A stretch of DNA of 64,000 nucleotides from Negaprion brevirostris (taxonomy: Eukaryota). This document shows positions 12,285-26,369 of the stretch, piece after piece. Within the stretch, counting starts at the first letter, position 1; every line of letters starts with the position of its first letter. The notes under the pieces are model-generated. The model ran no database searches. It had not been told where the DNA came from and saw only the letters and a list, made by a program, of their open reading frames with translations. The position numbers were made by a program, and so were the translations under genes. The DNA is taken from contig JARDVH010000163.1 in NCBI GenBank assembly GCA_030324005.1, positions 59,215,551 through 59,279,550 on the forward strand, written 5' to 3'.

Positions 12285-12485
12285 TCAAGTGCTGGAAAGA
12301 ATCCACAGGTCTGACAGCCTCTGGAAAAAGTTAACGCTTCAAGTTGACTGTGATTCTTCCAGAGAACTACAGTTATAATCAACTCAAAACGTTAACTCTG
12401 TTTCTCTCTCCATAGATGCTACCAGACCTACTGAGCATTTCCAGCATTTTATTTTGGACTCCTAGCTTCTACAGTATTTTGCAAA
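12285..12485. mobile_element. Decayed Penelope-derived inverted-repeat hairpin
   Basis: tgctggaaa..caggtctg..cagc.tctg..gttaacg / aacgttaactctgtttctctctccatagatgctaccagacctactgagcatttccagca. Confidence 0.6.
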
Positions 12486-15419
12486 GAAAATTTATTTTTC
12501 AAAAAATCATTTATTCTGCAATTGCTGAATTTACTTTCTAAGCTAATTCAGTAAACTTTAATTTGGTTCATACGAATAAATGAGAATTTCTGTTCCTTTT
12601 GCTGGACAGTGCAATCATGGATGTGGAATAGCAGATACAGGTCTCTTAAAAAACAGAAATTTAGTTTGTAATCAGAGTTAGTTGTGTGATTATTTAAGCC
12701 ACTGACTCCATCACTCTCCTTGGCCACTGCCTGATGCTGAACTGACAGATTGCAACCTCAGAATTCTGCTTGAATCACAGTGGAACTTCTGCCCCCATAT
12801 CCTTTCTGTCATCAAATGCACCCGATTCCATTTCAGTAGTATTGCTCTTTTGCTGCTCCTGCCTCATCTCGTCATCCATGCATTGTAACCTTCCTACTCA
12901 GTTATCCTAATGTTCTTCTGACTGGCCTCCATTCTTTCACCCTTTTGAGCTCATCCAAAACTCTGCTCTCCAAACCTTAACATGTACAAAATCCTGTTCA
13001 CCCCTGTAGTTGCTGAATAACATTGACCGCCAATATGGCAACATCTTGATTTTAAAATTCTTATTCTCGCGTTCAAATTCCTGCATGTCCTCACACTTGA
13101 TAGGAATTTCTATTCCCTTCTTGGTGTTTGCTGATGACGAATTATAGGATGGGTTTGTGTAAAATATTGCTTTAAAATCTCTTACGTTCTTTAGCCACCA
13201 GGAGGTTGTTGTCAATAGTGGGAGACTCCTGGCCATTCTGGGAGGGCTGGTAACCCAAATGCATGTACGCTTCAATGTGGGCACCTCTGGTACTTGGCAG
13301 TAATTTCTAATGATGAGCACAAGCGAGTGACGACCTGCCCTCTTAACACTGACAGGACTTAGTCATTCCAATGGATGTGATTCCCAAGTTTTTCTGGCAC
13401 ACCTGAAAACATATTGTGCCCATGGGAAGATGGCAACATAACCTTTGGCTTAGATCTATTAATATCTATTGCAACCTTGTTGGTGAAAAGAGGTCAATGA
13501 CATTGGAATTTGGACATTTTGGTGTTGCTTTTAACCAAACAAAGCACAAAAAGAAAGACTGGTCAGAGAATTGTCAGGTTGCTTTTTATATGTTATTTTC
13601 CCTGAACAAGAATTTTACTTCAGCAGCCTTCTCTTGTACTGCTTTTAATGGGCCATTTACAAACTGAAAATGGTCAAGAAAAGTTGAATCAGTTCACTTG
13701 CAGTTATTTGACATGCATTAAATGAAGTTCCAAATTTGTCCAGTATCATTCTGAAAGGAAGTTCCATTCTGATGATCCCAGTCAGGTGGAACACTATACA
13801 CTTCAAGGGGTGCTGCCACCTTATGGTAAAATGAGTAGTGCACACTTATGATTAAAATTGTGTAACCCTTGAGGCAATTTTAACATCCAATGAGCCTGTC
13901 TACAGCTGAACTTGGAAACTACAAAGATAATGGAACTGCAAAATTGGACCAGTTTAGTTGTCCTGTTGTCCATCCATTCTGCACTCGCTAGATTTTGTAG
14001 TCAAGGGAAATGAGTGATAGCTTGATTTCAATATTAAAGATATCGCTCCATTTCCTGGTTAGTGGGATGAGGACAGCACGTTGAAAGCAAAGTCGGGAAA
14101 TCTGGGGGGTGATTTTTGCTGGGTGCTTTGGACTAAAGGGCTCTGTGGTGGCCAAGAATAGGTCTTAAGCTCATGCCAGTTTAGCTCATGTTCAGCACAA
14201 GCTGCCATCTTGGTAAAGAAATTGAAAGCAGTGTGAGGAATGATGCCAGGAAAGTTGTTAAACAGCAGATTGCCAGCTAGAAAGCCTGCTTGTGTTCAGA
14301 GGCTGCACATCATTTTTCATGCTTCAACCCAACAGTGGGAGTAGTAGTTTGGTAGTAATCACGGTGATCATATTGATTTGAAGTGCTTAATTAAAGGGAT
14401 ACTGACAAATTGGCAGTTGTCATTGCTGGAACTGTGAAGAGGAAACTTTGAGACACACTGGGAGATTTTCTGAAACATTTTACGAAGATCTGTTGAGATT
14501 TATCCATGAAATTTTCTGAGGAATTCAACTAAAAAGAGTAAATCCTGTGCTCCTTTTCGGAATCACTAGGAGAAAAGCAATGTTTAGACTTCAGCATCTG
14601 GAGAAGGAATGGGAATAAGAGGACATGCGGCCAGACAAGAGGAGGAGGAGAGAGGGANNNNNNNNNNNNNNNNNNNNNNNNNNNNNNNNNNNNNNNNNNN
14701 NNNNNNNNNNNNNNNNNNNNNNNNNNNNNNNNNNNNNNNNNNNNNNNNNNNNNNNNNNNNNNNNNNNNNNNNNNNNNNNNNNNNNNNNNNNNNNNNNNNN
14801 NNNNNNNNNNNNNNNNNNNNNNNNNNNNNNNNNNNNNNNNNNNNNNNNNNNNNNNNNNNNNNNNNNNNNNNNNNNNNNNNNNNNNNNNNNNNNNNNNNNN
14901 NNNNNNNNNNNNNNNNNNNNNNNNNNNNNNNNNNNNNNNGATTTAAAGGGCACTGAAATTAAGAAGTCTCTTAGGCAATTTTAATCCTCCTCTTGTTGAA
15001 AGTTAGACTTTCATGAACCTTTGCGCTGTTTTAATCATGGAATTAATTACTTTTGTGAACTCCCATTCTTGTCACCATTCCAGTAGATAGGAGCCCAGTG
15101 TGTTGCAATGGCTGGAGGGATGCCAGCCAAGTTGAATAGCCCAACAAATGCTCTGTGCCTATGGAAATATACACTGTGATTTCTGTCCCTAAGGAAATGT
15201 TCTTTGATTGCAAGTATTTCTTTACACAGAGTTGAACCGATCTCAGAATTGATTCCTTTCACAAGGGACTGAACTATTTCAAACTTGACTTTGACAGTTG
15301 CTCTCTAATCAAATATACGAAGAACAACACCACTGGTACATTCACAATTGCTTCATTCGGATTTTAATCATCTTGTGTCTATGCTGCTGTGATTTATAAT
15401 GGTGTTGTGTTGTTTAGAC

Positions 15420-15788
15420 CAGTGATGTGCAATCTGTGATCCACGGGCTGCATGCAGCCCATCAACACTCCTAATGCTGACCGTTGCCGATGTATAAGGT
15501 TGTCAGATGCCACTAGTTTCTATCTGCATAGTTTTTTAGGCTACCAGTATTACTAAAGTGATATGCATGTAAAACAAGGGCACATGAAGTGAGATGCATG
15601 CTGATTACACTCAGTGATTGTGAATGTTCCAACTATATCCAAAGGCTATGGTTCAATTGGTATGCCCCACAAATCCTCTGTACACAAGTGCAGTTAGCAC
15701 AACATCTATTCCTGGAGATTGTCTACAACACCAGTGCATGCATCCAATTTTAATCTTCCTGCCCACTAGCCTCGGTTGCCCATCACTA
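15420..15788. mobile_element. hAT (Charlie-like) MITE
   Basis: TIRs cagtgatgtgcaa / ttgcccatcacta. 8-bp TSD gtttagac (15412-15419) and gttaagac (15789-15796). Subterminal cgggctgcatgcagccc. Confidence 0.75.
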
Positions 15789-15829
15789 GTTAAGACCACT
15801 GTTGCATATTATTCTATTGAACCAATCTG

Positions 15830-17380
15830 CTTCTCACCTTAAGTTCTTTTCCTGAAAGCAAGTCCGACAAACAGCATAGGTAGGGCAAGGAGGCAGATTT
15901 ATAAAGCGATGGAGGTGGGGTCATGAATATTTTTAGGGTGGAGGCAGATAGATTCTTGTTAGGCAAGGGAATCAAAGACTATCGAGGGTGGATGGGAGTG
16001 TGACACAAACAGATCAGCCAAGACCTTGTTGAATGGTACAGCAGCTTGAAAGGCCGAATGGCCTACTTCTGCTACTATCCACCCCAGCCAGAAAGAGATC
16101 AAGCCCTGTCCTACTGGCAGCAATTGTTTCACACAGATCATCCAGCCTCCCAAACCAGCCAGCCAGCCAGCCCAACGAGTTGCTGTGGCAACATACACTC
16201 TGACACATAAGTTGTAACTTGGTGCTATAGTGGTGGCAGAGACTCCAAGTCCTTTCCAGGAATCTCTCCTGCTCTTAGCGCCTGCCACTGGGGTTTTTGG
16301 AACAATTTACAAATTGATATTCAATCTGGTTGGCTGCTTAATGAATGCACTTTGTTTGGCTATCAAATCCTGGAGAATGAATTAAACCCAGAACTTCTGG
16401 CTTCGGAGGCAGGGATGCCAGTCACTGTACATAAAGCCACCTCATCTGTCTTTAATTCTGTTACTTTTAAAAGGTTCACACTTCATTATCCAACTGGCAG
16501 AGGGATGACTTTCTGGGCATAGTGGGTGCCATAATCATTGCCATGGTGCTTGCTCAAAACAGTGCATAAAATGCCAACTTCTTGTTAGATGCAAAGCTAC
16601 AGTCATGCTTAGGTCACTTATTGTGCCTCCTGTGAAACAAAGTTTAACTTTTCAATAAGGCTCCATTCTTGACCCCGTTGCAATGTTTAACACTTAGTTC
16701 ATCCTGTCATTTAATGTCAATTCTTCCTTTATATTCCCCCATCCTGACCCAAATATAGCATTCCCAAGGGTGGGTTCACATGAACATACAAAATAGTAGC
16801 AGAATTGGCCATTCAGCCCTTCAAGCTGCTCCACCATTCAACAAGGTCAAGATCGTCACATTCCCGTCCACTCTCGATAGCCTTTGATTCCCTTGCCTAA
16901 CAAGAATCTATCTACCTCCACCCTAAAAATATTCATGATCCCATCTCCACCACTTTTGAGGCAGAGAGTTCCAAAGTTGCACAAAAAAAGAGAGAAAAAA
17001 GCCTCATCTTTGTCCTAAGAGGATGATCTCTAATTTTAAAGTAGTGCTCCCTACTCCTCAAGATGAGCCATCCTTCCCATATCCGCCTTATCAAGACTAT
17101 TCAGGATCTTGTAGGTGGGATTCTCTGATCCTGTTCATTCCTGCCCCAGTGTCAGTGAGATTGGCAGATTTAGGGCTCAGTCAAAACTCCACTCACTGCA
17201 GAATTAGAGAGTACCACGTGGTTTCTGGTATATGTATTCCAATCAAGTCACACTTCACTCTTCAAAAATCCAGTGGAAACAAGCCCAGTCTGTCCAACCT
17301 ATCCTCATAAGGCAAGCCACTCATTCCAGGTATCAATCCAATAAATCTCCCCTGAATCGCTTCCAATGCATTTACATCCC
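15830..17380. mobile_element. Pair of oppositely oriented CR1 3' fragments (~15830-16080 +, ~16780-17380 -), the second containing a MITE at ~17113-17220
   Basis: atgaatatttttagggtggaggcagatagattcttgttaggcaagggaatcaaag occurs with its near-exact reverse complement at ~16880-16940. Confidence 0.7.
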
Positions 17381-18659
17381 ACCCATACTCAAGCATTGTC
17401 CAGAGGTTCAGTGACTAATTACAACATGTCTGACATAGGCGACCAATAACCACCACTTTATTTCACCTGTTACTGTCTACAAAAATGGCAGCTTTATTTT
17501 TTAATGAACTGCATTACCACTACATGTTACTTCAGATTTCTCAGCCCAAAGCTCCAGAATTCCCATTCGAAAAGCTCCTTAACTCTCCAACACTGTGTTC
17601 CTCCCCCCATAACACGGAAAGATGTACATCTATCTCTCTGGTTCTTTAAGCACTAAAATAGTGGTATCATTCCTCACAGCTTGTAGTCAGTGACTCAAGA
17701 TACAGACATACAAGCAGCGTTTGGTTCCCATCAACTGTGGCAAAGACGTCATACAAGGTTTGAAGATATGCGTGCTATAGGCACCTTTNNNNNNNNNNNN
17801 NNNNNNNNNNNNNNNNNNNNNNNNNNNNNNNNNNNNNNNNNNNNNNNNNNNNNNNNNNNNNNNNNNNNNNNNNNNNNNNNNNNNNNNNATCCCATCTAAT
17901 TAATTCCATGCAGGAACAAACTCAGATGTACCAGAGTATTAATTGGATATTGCCACTGGAGCTGTTAAATATAGAATATTTCCCACTAGTCAGGAATTAA
18001 CAATGAGCATTCGCCTGTGAAGTGTACTGAAATGTTTAATCAGCTCCTTCACAGACTGCTGCTGGAACAACAAGAATAAAATGAATGGATTTTGATGAAT
18101 AAGTATCACCTTGTGTCCAGAAACACCAACATTGACTGGTAACCGTGTATTAAAAACCATTCCCAGGAACTTTGTCTGAGCTTCTTTGGCTTGGCTGTTG
18201 AAGTTTGATAGCTTGTAGTTACAAACAGGATTATGATGGAGGAGCGGGAGAAATTCCAGAGGAAATTCCCAACCAACATTTCAGTTAGAATAAGCCACAC
18301 AGGAATGTAAGCAAAGCAGCCTTTTCGCATTTCATACGTTATGAAAATCAGATTCTTATTTCCTCTGACAAAGTACACATTTAGGCTGGACTTCATGGCA
18401 GCAGGAACTTCTGGTCCCGCCAATGTGACTAGTGATTTTGTTGGATCGCCGGCCCCACAGCAAGGCACAGGGGAGATTCAAGCCTTAATCTTCTGTGGGA
18501 GGTGACAAATCACCTGACAAACAAGTGCTTTTTGAAATACCTCCATATCTGCCTCCCCCTTTTAATTAACTTCCTGCTATTTTAACTGCACTATCCATTC
18601 CTGGCCAAATACATTCTGTAGATGATATTTTAGTGGGCTGCACAAGACAAGGGCAAATT

Positions 18660-20120
18660 TGGGCTGAATTATCCATCCTGGAGTCCAGAGGCAGGTGGAA
18701 AAATTGACGTGGGTGGGTGAACATGCACGATCTTCTGCTTTTGATCTCAATAAATACGCTTCAGCAAAGAGCTTGGCCAATCTCGTGGCTGGGCAGGCAG
18801 AATGTCTCCAGTCCCACTATTACCTCATGGGAACAAAGGTCCTAATGTCATTTTCAAAAGGTGACCTGGAAAAACATGGACTCACTGCAGGCCGGGAGCT
18901 CCACATTACTCCTCTAGAGTCCTTGCAGCCACAGCTCATACTGGAGAAGCTGGCAGATGTGAGCAATAACATCCCAGGACATACAAGGGTGAGCTCAGCA
19001 TTACCTTTCCCTCATCTCTTGATGAGAGCACTGCCCAATAATATGCCCATGGTTGAGCCAATGCTTGTTGTTGCAGCAGTCCATGTTCACCAGCACCTTA
19101 AACTACCCCTGCTCTGCCTGGCCCTGTGCCAACCTGCAATGGACCCTCCACCTCCTCATTATATTTAATTACCCAGGACTCAATTATTAGGGTGTCCCTT
19201 TGGTCAGCCACTTGTGCTAATTTTGAACTCCACCCAGAAAGACCCTCCTCCTCACTGACTGACAAACTGCTTGGTGACGTTCAATTTGGAAAAATAGTGT
19301 ATGTTTCCTTTCAAACTAACCCCACCACCTTTTACCCACCCCAGTCACCCACTAACCTTCTCCCATTATNNNNNNNNNNNNNNNNNNNNNNNNNNNNNNN
19401 NNNNNNNNNNNNNNNNNNNNNNNNNNNNNNNNNNNNNNNNNNNNNNNNNNNNNNNNNNNNNNNNNNNNNAGATCCACCCAATATCACCATGCTCCTCCCC
19501 CCTTTGAACCTCCCCCCATTAACCTAGACTCTATTACAATCCACCTGCACGTCCTTCCCTCCCCCATTACCAGAGTCCCCATGCCCACCTCGACCCTAAC
19601 CACCCCCCTTGTTATCTGAGCCACCTTTCTTGTCCCCCTCCTTATGCCACTCAGTAAGACCTTCAGTACCAAACTCTCACTTTACACCTGCCACACTACC
19701 ACATCACAGTCCACTCTCTGAGTTTACACCTCAGAACCCCTTCATCGACACCACTGACCCAGCCCTTGAAGGCACCCTCCCTTCTTCCAGACACTCTCCC
19801 ACCCTTCCCCACTCCCTTGTCCTGTCTTCAGTTCAGCTGCTAACCTAACCCCCAGCCCACCCCAACCTAGCCTTCGCCCACCTCCCCTTGACACAGTGCT
19901 TGCCTGTGACTTCATTGATCCAAACTAAAGTGCTGTTTCAGAAGACAGTGTGAAAAATGTAGATTTTCTGCCTCTTGACTGCTCTCCAGTGACCCCTGCT
20001 GGAAAACGCACATGGGTGCTCATTAAATGTGGGAAGGGGAAGGATGGCCCTGGTATTCTCCCAGGACTAGGGTACACTTGCACCCATTATCCAGGAATAC
20101 ACATGAAGAATAGTCACTCA
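18660..20120. mobile_element. Probable decayed non-autonomous Harbinger-like element with a C-rich interior
   Basis: Starts gggctgaattatcc and ends aatagtcactc. Long C-rich low-complexity interior. Confidence 0.35.
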
Positions 20121-20664
20121 AAGATACCCTTATATCACTGTATGTCAGCATGAATCATTACCTGGAGGAGGATGCAGGAAAATGTGTGATGTGGGAAAAG
20201 GCAACAGTTCCCCCTCCTCCCCAAGGGTATTAATTACCTGAGTTTTTTCTGAATCTGTACTGAATAACACTTTGCCATTTATAAACACAGTTAACAGCAT
20301 TACAGTGGTGAATCGCTGAAATTGTCCTATGTTGTGCATGAGGCAACTGCAAAAAAACAAACACCATGTAAGAGTGAAATTGTCAGGAATAGGACATTCC
20401 TTATCAAGTATGGTTGATGCATTAGCTGGAATGCATAACCCTTTCTCTCCTGGCCTCTGTCATCAGGATATATTTGTGCATCTGCAGAGTTTCAGCTGAA
20501 AGAGAGAGATAAGAAATACCACGGGCGATGGGTGATATTTCATGATTTATATGGGTTTCAGTAATTTTTTTTCTTTCACAGTGATAATTTCTTCATTGTC
20601 TGGCCTGAGCCTGCATGTTGCACAAAAGCATTAAAAATTTAGCTGAAAAAGCAGAAAAATGGAG

Positions 20665-20677
20665 GTTGCCTAGTAAC
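20665..20677. promoter_or_regulatory. RFX X-box motif GTTGCCTAGTAAC
   Basis: Exact fit to GTNRCC-N0-3-RGYAAC, in sequence with no repeat I recognise. Confidence 0.5.
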
Positions 20678-21514
20678 CACAGCACCTAATAAAAGTGTGT
20701 CTCGCAGCATAAAATTATTTATTTAATGAAGCCATCAGTGTTCTGTTTATTATCACTTCACTTTCACCCAATAACAATCGATGGTAACTGATGCCTCCCG
20801 GCCTATTATTGGTATATTTAGAATGACTTCTATGATGCAGGATTTCTGTTAAAATAAACTTCTTCCGAAGGGAGTCTAAACTTTGTGTCTCAATAACTAT
20901 CAACATTTCCACTGCAACAAAACCTCTTAAATATGATAGATGTTACCTCACAGTGTGACAATATTATAAATGTTTATACAGCCACTCTAGCAGTCCCTTT
21001 TTACAACCAAACACTTGTCTCATAGTTGATCATCAATGTTTTGTACTATTTACCAAACATAGGAAACATTAGCCATAAAGTAATAACTGTTAATTTCCAT
21101 TCTTTGGTCAAACTTGAATCTATCTTTGATACACGTATACTGCATGGTTAGTGAATCATCTTGAACCAGGCTCAAAAATACTTCTTACTCTTTGGGACAA
21201 ACTGCTACCAGTCCCCAATTCCTTTCCATGTGCAGAACACCGTGTGAAACAAAATAACATAACAGGGTTACTTCCAATATAAAAACAAAACCATGGACTA
21301 AAATAAATGCTAAATCATTTTCAAACCACAATAACTACTTGCATTTGTAGATAATGAAGCTGAAGGTGTTTTACAGGAGCACTGTCAAAAAAAATTGGAG
21401 AAAGGATTCACTTGTGTTTCCACCTTAACCTATAACAGGCCCTGTGATTTGCCCATTCAGCTGCTTCAAGCTCATTGATCTGTGACCTATGCCTCATTGG
21501 TCTTTTGAATGAAC

Positions 21515-22343
21515 CTGTACAGTGACACATGTAGCCTAGGCCATTCATCAATGATAATATTGACGTCATTGATGAAGACGAACATCTCGCCAAGGCCATC
21601 CCCACACCCCCACTTCTTGCCTTCAAAGAACCGCACAACCTCAAACAGACCATCATCCGCAGCAAACTACCCAGCCTTCAGGAGAACAGTGACCATGGCA
21701 CCACACAACCCTACCACAGCAACCTCTGCAAGATGTGCTAGATCATCGACATGGATGCCAGCATCTCATGTGAGAACACCATCCACCAGGTACACAGAGG
21801 TTTACATACTCTTGCAACGTTGTCTATCTGATATGCTGCAGGAAAGGATGTCCTGAGGCATGGTACACTGGGGAGACCATGCAGACCCAATGACAATGGA
21901 TGAATGAACACCACTCAATAATCACCAGGCAAGACTGTTCCCTTCCTGTTGGGGAACACTTCAGCTATTATGGGCATTTGGCCTCTGATCATTGGGTAAG
22001 CATTCTCCAAGGCGGCCTTCACGACACATGACAGTGCAACGTCGCTGAGCAGAGACTCATAGCCAAGTTCTACACATGAGGACGGCCTCAACTGGGATCT
22101 TGGGTTCATGATACACCATCTGTAACTCCCACAACTTGCCTGGGCTTGTAAAATCTCACAACTTTCCTGTCTGGAGACAATACACATCTTTTTAACCTGC
22201 ACTTAATGCTCTCTCCACTCATATTGTCTGTACCTTTAAGACTTGATTAGCTGCAAAGACTTGCATTCCAATCATTATTCACGTAAATTGAGTTTGTGTC
22301 TTTATATGCCCTGTTTGTGATCAGAATTCCCACCCACTTGACG
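21515..22343 (+). mobile_element. Penelope-like retroelement 3' part: decayed GIY-YIG endonuclease
   Basis: Translates as DEDEHLAKAIPTPPLLAFKEPHNLKQTIIRSKLP...NVVYLICCRKGCPEAWYTGETMQT...LPVGEHFS...AEQRLIAKF, with stops and frameshifts. Ends at the start of a pLTR (ccacttgacg) before a gap. Confidence 0.85.
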
Positions 22344-24954
22344 NNNNNNNNNNNNNNNNNNNNNNNNNNNNNNNNNNNNNNNNNNNNNNNNNNNNNNNNN
22401 NNNNNNNNNNNNNNNNNNNNNNNNNNNNNNNNNNNNNNNNNNNNNNNNNNNNNNNNNNNNNNNNNNNNNNNNNNNNNNNNNNNNNNNNNNNNNNNNNNNN
22501 NNNNNNNNNNNNNNNNNNNNNNNNNNNNNGTGATGCTATATCATTATCATCTATTTCAAACCAATAGAATCATAATTACACCAGCCCCTCTAAATGTGCA
22601 AACACATAAGACAAGGGAATTGGGAATAATGGATGCACGACAGTGATCCTGAGTCTAATGAAAAGATTCAAAAGCAATAAGAATAAAAGCTCGAGAGATT
22701 TATTGCTGTGATCTGAACTCAAAAATTAGATTACGGATTTGAATCAGCTCTCTTGAATGCATTATTCATTGTCCACCCAAATTACAATGTCACAGGAAAT
22801 CCACTAATACATTTAAAATTGATTTATAGAAACTGGATTATGAATATTGCTGTTACGTAACATAAAAATCATAAAAGGTTCCTAAAGGGTGGCTTGCATT
22901 ATTTAGATTCAGCTAAACAGAACAGATGGCTTGGGTACCAGGATATAGCCTGGGTACTAGGGTGTGGCCAGGTGTCAGCTGTGGCTCAGTTGGTAGAGCT
23001 CTTGTCTGTGAGTCGGAAGCTTATGACTCCAGCTATTAAACCACTTGCCACAGGGATATATCAAATGCTGACTAAAGTCTTTGGCATCTACAAATGTACA
23101 CTTACTTGTATAAAGTGTTGCATAAATTGATTAATTAATAAGATGCTGAACAAACATTGGTGGATCAGTGCATTCCAAATAGAATTAAAGTGATAGTGTG
23201 CAAGATCCGATATTGTTGGCATAGTCAGTCAGCCTCTGAGCAAGGAGCAAGCAACAGTAAAGGAAATTATTCAAGACTCCATGTTCCAAAAAAAAATGCT
23301 TTGCTAAGAAAAGTGTGAAAGTACTGATAGTTTATCATCTCATTTAAGCACATGGGCTGAATTCTCCCATTGTGTCCATTCCCACCAGCTGCCAGTGAGA
23401 AAACAGAGGATTTCTAGTTCAGTCAAATGCATTGCAGTAACAAATGAAAATCCTAGCAGTGGACAAGCTGGGAGGGTTACGGCGCATATTTTGCAATGCT
23501 GAATTTGGAGAAGTCTAGTTACATCTTTAATGGATGGTGCTGTCTATTATTGTTCACACCACCATTAGGTTTAGCGACCTGCTTGCCGGATACCAGAGTA
23601 TACCATGACTGACTGGAATGTCAGTGTTTGGCCAAACTATTTCAAATTCTTTTGTTAAATCAGACTGATGGAAAAATCAGAGGATGCACAGAATTTGGGC
23701 TGCATTTATAATTATTGGAGACATTCATCCCATCTCTCTATAAGTTAACCTGTTCCTCTCACAAGTTTCGTACAGTTTGTAGTTTATGCCCACAGATAGG
23801 ATGTTCCCTTCTTTGGTAAATTCCCTAGTAACCTGTTGTAGAATACAAAGCAATTGGACCTTTCCATAAATTATATGGCTGCCTTATTATGCAGGTTCAA
23901 CATCATGCTGGTTAATTAAAGCTTACAGCTATTTAATTAAACAACTGACAAACTTGCATTTTATTCACTGTTCACAAGAGCAAATCAGGATGTAATGATA
24001 TGAAGGGAGCTCATACTTTGACAATTCACATTTGGAGAGCAGAAAGGGAGCAGTGCCAAATGTTGGAAAAGTGGTGGTGTTATCCTATATAAGTGATGTG
24101 GTAATAAAGATTAATGCATTGTTTTCTGTCTTGGTCACATTTTAAAAGAAAGCGCTTCTTCAAATTTATTTTTTTTTCAATAAACTTGTCAGTAAATATA
24201 TTGGATAAAATGACAGATGCTTGTGGAGGGAGCCGAAAGCTATATTTTAATCTCATCATCATCTGAGGCATGGCTGCATTTAAAGCCTGATAGCTCTCTA
24301 GAGCATCCATTATTCAAACTGATTAATACTTAGGTTTGCAAGGCTGAAAGCAATTGGCCAGAGAACTGACCTGAGATAACTCGGATGACTCAACTGCCGA
24401 TATTTCTTGCTTCGGCCTAGTTACTTCGCTTCCTTTAAATAACAATCGTCAAGATTTGAACCCATGCACACAATGGAAAGTTTAACAATTAAGTGCCATG
24501 ATCATTTTCACACCAGTGCCTACTTTCTAAAACACCTCCCCAGATATATATATTGACCATGTCACATTGTAGGATTTGCTCAAATCACAAACAAAAATAA
24601 ATGAATCTTTATTAATAGGACTCTCAAGTTCCTTATTAAATATTAATTATTTTAGTTCCTATGATCTGCAAAGGAATGTACTTGACATAGCATTCTTTAA
24701 AACTTCATTCTTTGCAATTGTTGTCTTAACGTTTATGGTCTATCTGAGAAGAACAGATTTCTGAATGTGTTTTACTCAGATAGTTCCTGTTAGCATAATT
24801 TATTTGGCTGTGTAGGAACAAACTTAAGCTTTATCCAGCCCCAGGTTGATCTACTATCTTTTCCAGCTCCAGGCTGATCTACTATCTTTTCAAGAATTCT
24901 GGTTGGAATTAGTCTAAATTTGTAACGCAGTGTATCAGTGCCACAATTAAACAT

Positions 24955-25356
24955 GATGTGGAGATGCTGGTGTTGGACTGGGGTGGGCACAGTAAAAAGT
25001 CTCACAACACCAGGTTAAAACCCAACAGCTTTATTTGGAATCACATGCTTTCAGAGCTCCTTGATCAAGTGAGTGGAGTGATTGGTTCACAAACACAACA
25101 CTAATAGGCAAAGAGACAATTGCAAGATAATTACAAATTGGAATGTGAAGAATGATTGGAATGCTCTAAAAGGACATACGACAACGCAGAATCGGTGAGC
25201 AGAAACTGATAGCCACAGTCTGCATGGATGAGGACGGTCTCAAGCGGGATCTTGGGTTCAAGTCACATGTAACCCCCACTATTGCAAAATCCTACTAAAC
25301 TGTACTGGATTGAAACAATTCACACCTCTTTAATCTGTGTTTATCCCTCTCTCCAC
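24955..25356 (+). mobile_element. Truncated Penelope-like element (inverted pLTR plus endonuclease C-terminus)
   Basis: Same termini as 26938. Internal EQKLIATVCMDEDGLKRDLG remnant. Confidence 0.75.
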
Positions 25357-25456
25357 NNNNNNNNNNNNNNNNNNNNNNNNNNNNNNNNNNNNNNNNNNNN
25401 NNNNNNNNNNNNNNNNNNNNNNNNNNNNNNNNNNNNNNNNNNNNNNNNNNNNNNNN

Positions 25457-25930
25457 TTCTGCTCAATCTCACTTGCTCCCAAGGAGAAAAACCTTAGCTT
25501 TTCCAGCCTGATCACATGGCTAAAACCCCCCATCCCTCGAACCATTCTGGTAAATCTCCTCTGCAACTTCTTAAAAGACACACTCGACCTTCCTCATGAC
25601 TGGTGCACAGAAGATGGGGCCAAATCAGAGCTTTATAAAGGTTCAGCATAACCACCCTGATTTTGTGCTTGATTTTTTTTTTCAGAAGCCCAAGACCCCA
25701 TATGTTAAGTTAACCACTATCTCAATATGTCCTGCTACCTTTCATAGATCGGTGCACTTGTATTCTCAGGTTTTGTTCCAGTGTTGTTTAGAACTTTGCC
25801 ATTAAGTCTATGCTGTCTTTCCCTATTCCGTCTAACAAAATGCATCGCCTCATTTCTTAGTATTAAATAATCCAATATCCAAGTCGTTTATTTATGTACA
25901 AAATACAGTGGTCCTGGCACTAACTGTTGG
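25457..25930 (-). mobile_element. CR1 fragment
   Basis: Minus-strand LQRRFTRMVRGMGGFSHVIRLEKLRFFSL. Confidence 0.7.
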
Positions 25931-26369
25931 GGAGCATCAAATAAGGTAAGAAATAGTTTTTTTTAAACTTTTAGTTCCCTATGTCTATTTTTAAAATTCC
26001 TTTGTCTAAATTTGGAAGTTGTTATCCTTCTATGGTCCTACCTCTCCCTGCAATCTGTATCTTTCAGGTTCCTATACTGCTCCAAATCTGGCTTTTTGCG
26101 TATTCCTGATTTTAATCACTCCACTATTGCTGACCATGCCTTCAACTAGCTATGCCCCAAACTCTGGAGTTCACTCCTTAACCCCACTTCACCATCACCT
26201 TCAAGATGCTCCTCTACAACTGAACGTTTGGTCACCTGTCCTAATGTCTCTTTATGTAGATCAGTATCAAATTTTTTTATCAATATCCTATTGACTTGGG
26301 TACTATATAAAAATAAGTTATTGTTATATATTTCCCACAGTCTTTTATTAGAGGCAAAAGTTGTACTTA

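Noticed and set aside
14591-14984. ORFs spanning N runs (also 34936, 42804, 47546 and others)
   Set aside because: Their length comes from assembly gaps.
24838-24893. Two-copy 28-bp tandem duplication (ccagg(t/c)tgatctactatcttttc)
   Set aside because: Real but an ordinary slippage duplication, with no evidence of function.
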